DNA of 29,898 bases from Rhodospirillales bacterium. GTDB taxonomy: Bacteria; Pseudomonadota; Alphaproteobacteria; Bin95. Below the pieces are notes generated by a model. It was not told the DNA's origin, did no database searches, and saw nothing but the letters and a program-made list of their open reading frames with translations. The first letter of the stretch is position 1. Each line of letters opens with the position of its first letter. The position numbers were made by a program, and so were the translations under genes. Location: positions 1-29,898 of the forward strand of contig JAYQLI010000008.1 in the NCBI GenBank assembly GCA_038143065.1, in the 5' to 3' direction. This document shows, piece after piece, positions 19,581 through 29,861 of this stretch.

Positions 19581-21412
19581 TTATACTCCGATGCGTTGTT
19601 TGGCGCGGATCGCATCATGATCTTTGCGCGCTTCATTAACGCTGTCACGGGCAGAGATTTCGGGCACGCCGACATCCCAAGACGCATCCCCCGGGGTCCA
19701 TTCATAAGCATCAGAGGGAATGGTCAAAACGGTGGTTTTGTCATTGGCTTGGGCCCATTTCATCGCTTCATCCAATTCACCCAGCGTTTCCACGCGGCGC
19801 CCATAAGCGCCCATGGCTTCGGCATGTTTGGCAAAATCAACCGAAAATGGCGCTTTCACGCGGCTGTCTTTGATCAGGTTGTTAAAGGAGGCTCCGCCTT
19901 TGTAATTCTGCAGGCGGTTGATGATCGCATACCCGCCATTATCGGGCACAATCACGATAATTTTATGCCCGCTCAGCACGGTGGAATAAATATCCGAATT
20001 CATCATCATATAGGTGCCATCACCGATAATCACGATAGGGGTGCGGTTTTCATCGGCCATTGCGGCGCCCCAACCCGCGGGGATTTCATAGCCCATGCAC
20101 GAAAACCCAAATTCGGTATCTACCGTATTGGGGGCTTTGACGCGCCAGCATTTATTCACTTCGCCCGGAGGGCCGCCAGCCGCGGTGATCACCAGATCTT
20201 CTGTTTTGGCATTGTCTTGCACCACTTTAATCACCTGCGCGTAGGAGGGTATATGCGCATTGCTGGGTTTTTGCAGCTCATCAATCAAGCTGTCCCATTT
20301 GGCCATTTCATCGCGGCCTTTCTCCATCCAAGTGCCAGGGGCCGACCAGTCGCCCAAAGCCGCATCCATTTCGCGCAGGCTTTCGCGGGCATCCCCGACC
20401 ACCGAGATGGCGCGGTGTTTGGTGGCATCAAAGCGCGCTGCATTGATCGAAATGAATTGGGCATCGGCTTTAAAGCTGGTCCAAGACCCAGTAGTGAAAT
20501 CTTGCAAACGGGTGCCTATCGCCACAATCACATCTGCCTCGGCGGCCATGGCATTGGCGGATGCTGATCCGGTTACGCCGATGCCCCCGACATAGGCGGG
20601 GTGCTCGTGCAGCACGGCACCTTTGCCGGCAATGGTTTCGCAAAGCGGAATGCCGCGGGCTTGCGCAAAATCACCCAACACCTCTTCAGCCAATGAATAG
20701 CGCACCCCGCCGCCCGAAATAATCAAAGGCTTTTTGGCGGCTTTGAGGGCTGCGATCGCCTTATCAAATTGCTGTAAATCGGGGCGCGCGCGCGGAATGT
20801 GATGCAGCGTGGGTTCAAAAACGCGGCTGGATAGTCAAAAGCGATTTCCTGCGTGTCTTGGCACAGGCCGATAAAGGCCGGCCCGCAATCGGCTGGATCG
20901 AGCATTGCGGCAATCGCTTGTGGGAAGGATGAGATGATCTGCTCGGGATGCGTGATGCGATCCCAATAGCGGGTGACGGCTTTGAAGCTTTCATTCACGG
21001 TCAGGGTTGGGTTGTTGAAATGCTCAACTTGTTGCAGCACCGGATCTGGGCGGTTTGAAAATGTATCCACCCGAAAGCAGCAGCACCGGTAGGCTGGAAT
21101 GGGCCACGCCGGCCGCAGTGACCATATTGGTGGCTCCGGGCCCCACAGAGGAGGTGGCGATCATCAATTGCCGCCGCCGTTTAGCCTTGGCATAATCGCA
21201 GCAAGCGCCATCGATTGCTCGTTTTGTCCGCGCCACGTTGGCAATTGATCCTGCACCGCTTCTAAAGCTTCGGCCAAACAGGTCACATTGCCATGCCCGA
21301 AAATTGGAACACGCCGGCAAAGAGTGGCACGCGCTCGCCCTCGGTGAATTGATTGCACAGATATCGAACAACAGCCTGCGCCATCGTCAATCTGATTGTG
21401 TTTTGCGGCCAT
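19581..21412 (-). CDS. iolD: 3D-(3,5/4)-trihydroxycyclohexane-1,2-dione acylhydrolase, ThDP-dependent (frameshifted)
   Basis: IFGHGNV, WRGQNEQSMA, SSVGPGATNMVTAA, RPDPVLQQVE, GTRLQDFTTGS, EFGFSCMGYEI, GDGTYMMMNS, DNGGYAIINRLQ, WDVGVPE. Confidence 0.95.
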
Positions 21413-21469
21413 GTTTGATTCTCCGATGCCATAGATTTTAAATATTGTTAACTCTATTTCTCTAGACTT

Positions 21470-21631
21470 GCAATTAAAATTGCAAAAATAGTATGCTATA
21501 ACGCAATTATTTTTGCAGAATGGTTCAATGTTTTTTGGTATTTTTCTTACTAAAGTATGTTGAACCATATTTTTTGAAATGTTTTGAAAATTTAATTGAC
21601 AAAATAATTTCAATTATGCAACATTTATTGC
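21470..21631. promoter_or_regulatory. AT-rich iolD/iolG divergent promoter with three GCA-N8-TGC candidate operators
   Basis: GCAATTAAAATTGC (21470-21483), GCAATTATTTTTGC (21503-21516), GCAACATTTATTGC (21618-21631); TTGACA at 21596-21601. Confidence 0.65.
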
Positions 21632-21662
21632 AAATTAGAAATTTAAGGGTTTTAGGGGTGAC

Positions 21663-22674
21663 ATGGTTAATATCGCTGTGCTTGGCTGCGGAAGAATAGG
21701 CGCTATGCACGCCGCGAATGTAGCAGCTCATCCACGTACAAACCTTTGAAATGGTTTTTTGACGTTAAACGAAATGGCCGTTACGAATGTTGCTAATGCC
21801 CATCAGCTTCAGGGCGGCGCGAAGTGCACAGGAGGTGTTCGCTTCAGATCGTGTACAGGCTGTATTAGTAGCTACAGCGACACCCACACATGCTGATTAT
21901 ATCGAAATGGCCATTGCTGCGGGCAAGCCGGTCTTATGCGAAAAGCCAATTGACTTAAATCTGGAGCGAGTGAACCGGTGTGCTGAAGTTGTTTCGAAAT
22001 CTACTGTGCCCATCCAGTTGGGGTTTAATAGGCGGTACGATCCGGGTCATGTGGCTGCGCGAGAGGCCTGCTTGGCTGGTAAAATTGGTGATTTGCATCA
22101 GGTAATTATCACGGCTCGCGATCCTGCTTTGCCACCGCGGGCTTATCTCGAGGAGGCTGGTGGTTTATTTCGCGATATGACTATTCATGATTTTGACCTC
22201 GGCAAGGTTTATGTTGAATGAAGAGCCTGTAGAAGTTTTTCGCTCTTGCTAACGCCTTAATTGACCCTGTTTTGGGGCGCGAGTTAGGTGAGGTCGACAG
22301 CGCTATGATTATTTTACGCACTGTGTCGGGTAAGCAATGTCATATAAATAATTCTCGAACAGCAGTTTATGGGTATGATCAACGAGTTGAGCTCATGGGT
22401 AGTTCAGGCATGCTTATATCTGATAATCGAAAGCCTCATGAACTAAAGCACTATGGCGCTTCTGGAGTAGAAACTGCCGAGCCTTATCAATTGTTTTTTT
22501 TGGCGCTATGAAGAAGCGTTTATGGCTTCAATTGACGGATTTGTTAATTGCATCGAGAATGGGGCAACACCACTAGCGGGTTTCGAAGATGGTCGGCGAG
22601 CCCTTATTCTGGCAGAAGCGGCCTATCTTTCAATGGCTGAGAAGCGCATTGTCCAAGTATCGGAAATTGGATGA
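21663..22674 (+). CDS. iolG: Inositol 2-dehydrogenase, Gfo/Idh/MocA family (frameshifted)
   Basis: IAVLGCGRIGAMHA, ATPTHAD, CEKPIDL, GFNRRYDP, ITARDP, GGLFRDMTIHDFD, NSRTAVYGYDQRVE. Confidence 0.9.
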
Positions 22675-24104
22675 TGACCATTTACGATAAATTTGGCTAT
22701 TTGTTGGCGGAGCTTGGGCGGACTCTAGTTCTGGTGAAATACCGGTATATAGTCATGATACCGAACGCGTATTGGGCAAAGTGCCGACTGCCGATATTGC
22801 ATTAACGCAACGCGTAATTTCTGACGCGCAAGCAGCTTTTTTAGTTTGGTCAAAAACACCAGTTTGGGAGCGCGCGACACGGTTGCATAAAGTCGCGGAC
22901 GAAATGTCATCCCGTAGCGAGGAAGCTGCGCGCATGATAGTGTTAGAAACTGGCAAGCCCATTACTCAAGCTCAACGTGAATGGAGCTTAGCTGTAGACC
23001 AATTTCGATGGTATGCTGAGGAAGCGAGGCGAGTTTATGGGCGTATTGTTGAAACACGTGTGCCAAATGGCGAATTTAGTATTACGTGAGCCTGTAGGAG
23101 TTGTTGCTGCGTTTACGGCTTGGAACTTTCCTGCTGCTTTAGATTGTTCGTAAAGTCGCTCCAGCTTTGGCTGCTGTGTTCTGGTTATTCTGCGTCCGTC
23201 TAACCAAACCCCAGGTGTTTCCATGGTGCTCTTTGACTGTTTGCATTCCGCTGATCTCCGAGTGGCACAGTCAATTTATTGGTTGGCGCGGCGCAGGATA
23301 TTTATTCCCCCATTATGGAATCCAGCGTGGTTCGTAAAGGTGTCGTTGACTGGTTCAACCAAAGTGGGTCAACAGATGATCCGTGACCCGCTCGAACACT
23401 AAAAAAGGTATCAATGGAACTTGGTGGAAATGCACCGATGATCCTATTTGAAGATGGAGACACTAAAGCGCTGCTTTAGATGGATGCGTTGCTGCAAAAT
23501 TTGCGAATGCGGGGCGCGTGTCCTCCAGATAGGTTTTTCATTCACGAGCAACATTACAAAGAATTTGTTGAAGGTTTCAGGGACAGCGCAACTAAGTTGC
23601 GTCTTGGAGATGGTCTTGATCCGGCTACTGATATGGGGCCCTTGATCAATGAACAAAGAAGAACAGATATTTCCATCAAAGTAGCTCAAGCCCTTGATAG
23701 TGGAGCTCATCTAGAATGTGGCGGAGGACCCGCCGAGGAATTCGATACAGGATATTTCTATAAGCCTACCGTATTAACGAATGTTTCGGATGAGATGCTT
23801 GGTCTGGCTGAAGAGAACTTTGGCCCAATTGCTGCCATTACAAGCTTTTCCAATGAAGACAGTGATAGAGCGGCAAATAGCTCTCCCTATGGGTTTGTCA
23901 GCATATGCTTTTACTTCAGACCCCGCACGCGTTCGCCGAATTCAATCAAATCTCAAAGCCGGTATGGTTGGTGTAAACAGCTTTGCCTTAGCCGCGGCCG
24001 AAGTGCCTTTTGGCGGAACGAAATACTCGGGCATGGGCCCGCGAGGGCGGAATAGAAGGTCTTGCGGTTATTTAGATACCAAATTAACACAATGGGTAAT
24101 GTGA
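22674..24104 (+). CDS. NAD(P)-dependent aldehyde dehydrogenase, GabD/SSADH-like (many frameshifts)
   Basis: ETGKPITQA, WYAEEARRVYGR, AFTAWNFP, SLTGST, SMELGGNAP, EENFGP, PFGGTKYSG. Confidence 0.88.
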
Positions 24105-24111
24105 GGGATAG

Positions 24112-24928
24112 ATGATTAAAATCGCCTTAAAAGCTCATTGGATTGATAATAAAGCAACTTTGAACGGCTGGCTTTCGATAAACTCTGCTTTTGTAAGTGA
24201 AATTATGGCTGATCAAGGGTTTGATAGCCTAACGGTAGATATGCAGCATGGGGCCGTGAGTTATGAGGGTATGCTCGCGATGTTACAAGCGATGCGCGCC
24301 TCGCAGGTTGTTCCAATGGTGCGTGTGCCTTGGAACGAACCTTCAGTAATTATGAAAGCTTTAGATGCAGGTGCGTATGGAATAATTTGTCCCTATGATC
24401 AACAGCGCAAGTCAGGCAGAGGAATTCGTGGCATCGCTGCGATATCCCCCTGATGGCATAATGCATTTTGGATCCCTACGAGAGCAAATTTTCTGCAGGC
24501 TCAAACTATGCACAAGAGGCTAATGGCGAAATCGTCGGCCTTGCGATGATTGAAAACAGCAGAAGCATATACGCAGATATACAGGAAATTGTAAAAACGC
24601 CTGGGTTGATGGTGTTTATATCGGTCAGCTGGATTTAACCCTTGGATTAACAAAAGGGCGTTTGATACAGGATTTGACCGAACAGAACCTGAGATGGTTG
24701 AGGTCATTAAAGATATCTTAAACATAGCAAAAAGTGCTGGAATTTATGCTGAATCCATTGTGGTTCAGCAAAATACGCCGCCAAAGCAATTAGTTGGGGG
24801 TTTAATTTTACCACGATTTCTAATGATGTGCGTATTCTGCAACAACTGCTTCAAATTTGACTGCTGAAGCACGAGAACAAATAGGTGTTTGTGAAGGACG
24901 TAGCCGCCAAGATCGAGGAGGCTATTAA
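24112..24928 (+). CDS. HpcH/HpaI class II aldolase (frameshifted)
   Basis: NGWLSI, GFDSLTVDMQHG, VRVPWNEP, KALDAGAYGIICP, AMIE. Confidence 0.88.
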
Positions 24929-25194
24929 TATGAAAACTTACTTTTCTGGCGTGGCTGATAGAAACTCTAGTTCAAATTCGAGTAGGGGTAAAATTCAGCA
25001 GAAACTGAACGAGAAATTTGTGGTCTTGTGTCGGCTTTGAGTTCGAGCTGGCCTACTTTTTGCGCAGCATGAAAGCGGCTCATTGCCGTTTGTTTGTTGT
25101 TCAGAACCGGTTCTGGGATGAAAACATCACAGAACCATCCTGCTTGATTACGTATAAAAATAAGATCCTGTTTAAAAATCCAGTGGAGGACTAA

Positions 25195-26197
25195 ATGAAA
25201 CAGACGATCAAAACACTCGCTGCAAGCGCAGTGCTTGGCTACGGCCGGAGCGAGCTTTGCGGATAACTCAGATATTCGGGTTGGTTTTTACCCCAAAATT
25301 TTGAAAGATGACTTTCAAACTTTGATGACATCGCTGTCCAAAAAAGCATTTGCAATAAAGGCTTTACACTTGTAGGCGCGCCTGACCCTAATGGTGATAT
25401 TACGCGCAAGTGGATGCGTTGCAAAATTTATTGGCAAATGGAGCGAATGTAATTGTGTTTGCGCCGTTAGATGCTGCAGGCGTTCCTGCTGTTAAGCGCG
25501 CTAACGAAAAAGGAGCGTTGGTCTTCTCAATTGATGATGGCCCTGCGGGCAGTGAGGTTACAGCGGGCGTGCTGATAATCTGGTCACAGGCGTGAGCGCG
25601 GAAAGATGGTGCGTCGTTTAAGGGGAAAACTTGCTGGTCTGATAATAGTTAGCGTTCTTGAACTTCAGGGAGGGTTAACGACACCGACGAGATTAGACCG
25701 TTCAGATACTTCTGACACCATGCGAGCATTAGCACCAGATGTAAAGGTAATTCAGCGTCCGACAGTGGACAGCAGATATGGCAACAGATACAGCTCAAAA
25801 CGTACTTACCCAAAATCCTTCGTTGACCAGGATCTTTATGGCTTCTGAATTAATGGCGACGGCGTGAATGCGCAGTTGAAGCGGGCGGGAAAAGATGCCG
25901 CCAGTAGGTGATCCGGACTTTCTGAATTCGCGCGTGGCAATCGATGGAACGCCGCAGGGTTTACAATTAATCCGTGACGGAGCGTTGGATGCGACTGTTT
26001 CGCAGCCATTAAGCGCATATGCAACGAAGACGGCGGAGCTTATAGAGCTGGTGTCAAATGGTGGTACAATTGAACTTGGTCCAAAACCGGATGGTCAAGT
26101 GATTGATACGCCCGTCCGGGCCTCATATCAGCTTAACGCAACATTGGTGACTAAGGAAAACGTGGATGCGCCTGGTCTTTGGGCAAATCAGCTTTAG
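25195..26197 (+). CDS. Sugar ABC transporter substrate-binding protein (many frameshifts)
   Basis: GGAGGA RBS, signal peptide MKQTIKTLAASAVL, NLLANGANVIVFAPLD, VLELQG, AIDGTPQGLQLIRDGALDATVSQP. Confidence 0.85.
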
Positions 26198-26276
26198 CAT
26201 AAATTAGGCTTTGAAGTTAGCTCAGCAAAATAAACATAATTCTCCGTGAGCTAAGTTATTTCTGAGCTTTGAATGT

Positions 26277-26301
26277 TTTTGGGCCCTTTTGGGGCCCAAA
26301 A
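26277..26301. terminator. Perfect 10-bp stem-loop after the binding-protein gene
   Basis: TTTTGGGCCC-TTTTG-GGGCCCAAAA. Confidence 0.65.
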
Positions 26302-26488
26302 GATCAACGAGTTTATACAGCATAAACTTCATCGTAAAAATCATTTTAACTGACGATGCTTTTGTTGAAACTCGGTTGGCAAAGGAAGATCAAAATTGTC
26401 GGAATTATTTTCGACAAAAATTTAAAATTTGATCGTATTTTTTTAGTGATACGATATCTCAATTAAGACATCTTTGGAAACGAAAAAA

Positions 26489-27534
26489 ATGAACTCAGAA
26501 AATAATTCCCACATGGATTTAGATCTAAACGAAAACAAATCGTCAAAGCTAGCTGCTTTTGGCAACACTTTCGTTGCAAATGGTTATGTATCCGGTTCTA
26601 ATCCTGTTACTTGTTATCGGGGCAATTGTCGCGCCACGATTTTTAACAAGTTATAATTTATTAAATATTCTCGAGCAGGTCAGTGTTTTAGGTCTTACCA
26701 CAATCGGACTTACATTTATTCTGCTCATTGGCAGATTGGATTTATCGCTTGAAGGTTTAGTAGGTTTTGCGCCCATGTTGCGGCAGTTTTACTGGTGCCA
26801 GTAGCTTCTGGAGGATTTGGAACTGAATTGCCTGGTTGGACCGGTCCTTTGATTGCGCTGGGTGCTGCAGGATTTATGGATGGTTAAATGGATTTATGGT
26901 CGTTAAAATAGGCCCGAACCCGTTTATCTCCACTTTAGGGCTGCTAGTTTTGCTGCGTGGGGGTGTTCTGATAATATCAAATGGCCGTTCTATTTATTCA
27001 CCAGGCGATGCGCTGACCTGTTAGGCTCCGAAAGGTTGTTAGGTATACCGCTTGCGGTTTTAGTGTTCGCTGTAATAGCTTTAGGCGTTGGTTTGATGCT
27101 CCAATTTCATCGTTTTGGAAGAGCTTTATATGCTGTTGGTGGCAATAGAGTCTGCCTTAAAAAGGGCCGCTGGAATAGATGTAGATAGGGTTATTTGGAG
27201 TGCTTTTTGTCGTTTCAGGTTTGCTTGCAGGGCTCGCTGGAATTTTGATGACAGGTAGATTGGATTCAGCTGTAACTACCCAAGGCCAAAATATAATTTT
27301 TTCAGCTTTCGCAGCTGCTGTTATCGAGTGAATTATGTAAGTTTGGGAGGTGGTCGAGGCACTGTGACGGGGTGATTAGTGGTGTGCCTTAGGAGTCATT
27401 GCTGCGCCTACTTACATTAGCTGATGTTCCCTTCTTTCTATGTGCAAGCTACTACGGGCGCGGTTATTATAATTGCGGCTGTTTTAACCACTTTAGCAAA
27501 TAAACGGTCTTCTGTCGCGCAAACTAGAACTTAG
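26489..27534 (+). CDS. Sugar ABC transporter permease, RbsC-like (many frameshifts)
   Basis: FLTSYNLLNILEQ, ILLIGRLDLS, NPFISTLG, FGRALYAVGGN, hydrophobic segments. Confidence 0.85.
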
Positions 27535-27548
27535 ATTAAGGGGCCGCG

Positions 27549-28499
27549 ATGACGAAACATATTTTGGTTGCGGGAAAATTACATCCGTCTGCGCTGCGCG
27601 TGCTGGACAGCGCCGAAGGCGTTTCGTTCGATTACGTTCCCGATGCGGATCCCACCGCTTATTTGCCACTGCTGCCCAAGGCGCAGGGATTGGTGCTGCG
27701 CACGCAAACTTTAAATGCGGCTCATATCGCAACCGCGCCTGATTTGCAGATCGTTTCCCGCCATGGTGTTGGGTATGATGCGGTTGACGTGCCGGCGTTA
27801 ACCCAGCGCGGTATTCCTCTGGCGATTGTGGGAGATGTAAATTCGCGCACCGTTGCCGAACATGCGATGCTGCTGCTTTTGGCCGCCTCGCGCTGTTTGG
27901 TAAAATCGGTCACGGGGTTTCGCGCTGGCGATTGGGCGCAGCGTAATATGTTTGAACCGCGGGAGCTCTACGGAAAAACGCTTTTAATCGTTGGCTATGG
28001 GCGCATTGGGCGGCATTTGGCGCAAATGGCCAAGGCTTTTGGGGTGCATGTTCTGGCCTATGACCCTTATCTAGGCGCGGATCACTTTGCCGGTGCCGAA
28101 CAGGTGGCCGATATTTCGACGGGTTTGAAACGGGCCGATTTGGTGTCGCTGCATATTCCAAAAGCGGATGGCCCAATATTGGGCGCGGCTGAATTGGCAT
28201 TGTTGTCGGCGCATGCCGTGGTGGTTAACACGGCGCGCGGTGGTTTGATTGATGAGCCGGCCTTGGCGCAAGCTTTAAAAGAAGGTCGTTTGGGGGCTGC
28301 CGGTTTGGATGTGCTCGAGGTTGAGCCTCCCTCTTATGATCATCCTTTATTTGGCCTCGACAATGCGATTATCACGCCGCATGCGGCTGGTCTTACCGAA
28401 GAATGTGCCGAGCGGATGGGCATGGTTTCGGTGCAGAATGTTTTGGATTATTTCGCTGAAACGTTAAATCCGGATCTTGTGGTCAATGGTCCCTTTTAG
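27549..28499 (+). CDS. D-isomer-specific 2-hydroxyacid dehydrogenase (SerA-like, no ACT domain)
   Basis: SRHGVGYDAVD, VAEHA, GYGRIG, VSLHIP, VNTARGGLIDE, AGLDV..VEP, TPHAAG. Intact ORF. Confidence 0.93.
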   Translation: MTKHILVAGKLHPSALRVLDSAEGVSFDYVPDADPTAYLPLLPKAQGLVLRTQTLNAAHIATAPDLQIVSRHGVGYDAVDVPALTQRGIPLAIVGDVNSRTVAEHAMLLLLAASRCLVKSVTGFRAGDWAQRNMFEPRELYGKTLLIVGYGRIGRHLAQMAKAFGVHVLAYDPYLGADHFAGAEQVADISTGLKRADLVSLHIPKADGPILGAAELALLSAHAVVVNTARGGLIDEPALAQALKEGRLGAAGLDVLEVEPPSYDHPLFGLDNAIITPHAAGLTEECAERMGMVSVQNVLDYFAETLNPDLVVNGPF

Positions 28500-28508
28500 G
28501 AGAATGCA

Positions 28509-28571
28509 ATGAAGGTTGGTTTGATTGGATCAGGGTTTATGGGCAAAGCCCATGCGTTTGGCTCTGATTAA
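28509..28571 (+). pseudogene. 20-codon N-terminal remnant of a Gfo/Idh/MocA oxidoreductase
   Basis: AGGAG RBS, then MKVGLIGSGFMGKAHAFGSD* (Rossmann GxGxxG motif); no continuation in any frame before the next gene. Confidence 0.7.
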
Positions 28572-28612
28572 CTGTATCCAATCAACCCAGGATGGCAAAT
28601 GGCGAACAAGGG

Positions 28613-29668
28613 ATGAAAAAAATGCAGCATCAAAAAGCAATTCGAGTTGGGCTGATTGGATGCGGATTTTATGCACAAAATCACCTCCATGCGTGGGATT
28701 ATTTGAAGGCTCGTGGGGTTGAGTTAGTTGGCGTGTGTGATCTTGATGAAGACAAGGCACAGCGAGCGGCTAAGGAATTTGGAACAAATTTTTATACGAA
28801 TATCGACAAGATGCTCGCGTTAGAGGACCTAGATCTCATTGATATCGTTACACAGGCTGAGCACCATAAAGATCTTGCTTTTGCTGTTTTAGAAAAAGGC
28901 ATTTCCGCTATTGTTCAAAAACCCTTTGCTCCCACCTTGCCTGACTGTATCGAAATAGTTGACAAGGCAAAATCTTCCGAAGCTTGGCTTGCCGTTCATG
29001 AAAACTTTCGGTTTTCCCGCGTTATGCGATGCGTAAAAGAAATTATCACCAGTGGTGAAATAGGCGATTTAAATTGGGGACGGCTTACATTCAGGACTGG
29101 ATTTGATATCTATAAAAATCAACCATACCTGGCTAACGAAAAACGGTTCTCTATTTTGGATTCAGGAATTCATATTTTAGATTTAGCACGTTTCTTTTTT
29201 GGCGAAGTCGAGCGTCTTCATTGTGAAACACAAAAGCGGAATCCTCGCGTTTTGGGAGAAGACACAGCTACAATTATGTTAAGACATGACACGGGCGCAG
29301 TAACTGTCGTTGAAACAACATATCAGGCCAAGCGATTACCTGATTACTTTCCACAAACATTGTTAGAAATTGAGGGAACCTCAGGATCAATACTACTGAA
29401 ACCTGATCAAGTGATTACAGTTACTGCAAATAATAAATCCTATGATCGCGTTATCGAAACACCGATGCTCCCCTGGTTCTCGAAAGAATGGTGCGTCTCA
29501 CAGGAAGCCGTTCTGAACACAAATTCGCACTTAATCGACTGCTACAGACAAGGTGTAGACGCTGAAATATCTGGTAGAGATAACTTAAACACATTTGCGC
29601 TTGTTGAAGCTGCTTACGATGCCGCAAGCTCGAATGGAAGCGTCCAGCCTTTAAGGTTTTCAGGTTAA
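28613..29668 (+). CDS. Gfo/Idh/MocA oxidoreductase resembling D-apiose dehydrogenase (ApsD)
   Basis: IGCGFYAQNHLHAW, QKPFA, VHENFR, WGRLTFRTGFD..QPYLA...RF, GIHILDLARF, GEDTATI, SGRDNLNTFALVEAAY. These match ApsD as I recall it. The start could be 28592, 28613 or 28622. Confidence 0.85.
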   Translation: MKKMQHQKAIRVGLIGCGFYAQNHLHAWDYLKARGVELVGVCDLDEDKAQRAAKEFGTNFYTNIDKMLALEDLDLIDIVTQAEHHKDLAFAVLEKGISAIVQKPFAPTLPDCIEIVDKAKSSEAWLAVHENFRFSRVMRCVKEIITSGEIGDLNWGRLTFRTGFDIYKNQPYLANEKRFSILDSGIHILDLARFFFGEVERLHCETQKRNPRVLGEDTATIMLRHDTGAVTVVETTYQAKRLPDYFPQTLLEIEGTSGSILLKPDQVITVTANNKSYDRVIETPMLPWFSKEWCVSQEAVLNTNSHLIDCYRQGVDAEISGRDNLNTFALVEAAYDAASSNGSVQPLRFSG

Positions 29669-29861
29669 CTTTGTCTAATTTTGATTTGTGTTGTCTTTCT
29701 AAGAGAAAGGTTATTCATGACTGAAGGGGTGCGTTTCCGGCATTGGTTCAAGACACAGTGGTTCCTCTAATCCAAACGAAGCAGTAAAACACACTTTGTT
29801 GCACACCTAATTAATTATTATATAACTTATTGTAATTGAATATTAATCTAATACCATCGCT

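Noticed and set aside
19557-20567. 336-aa plus-strand ORF
   Set aside because: Antisense shadow of the GC-rich iolD with no recognisable motifs.
25077-25087. GGCTCATTGCC identical to 10326-10336
   Set aside because: An isolated 11-mer match is expected by chance in 30 kb, and the surrounding element architecture is missing.
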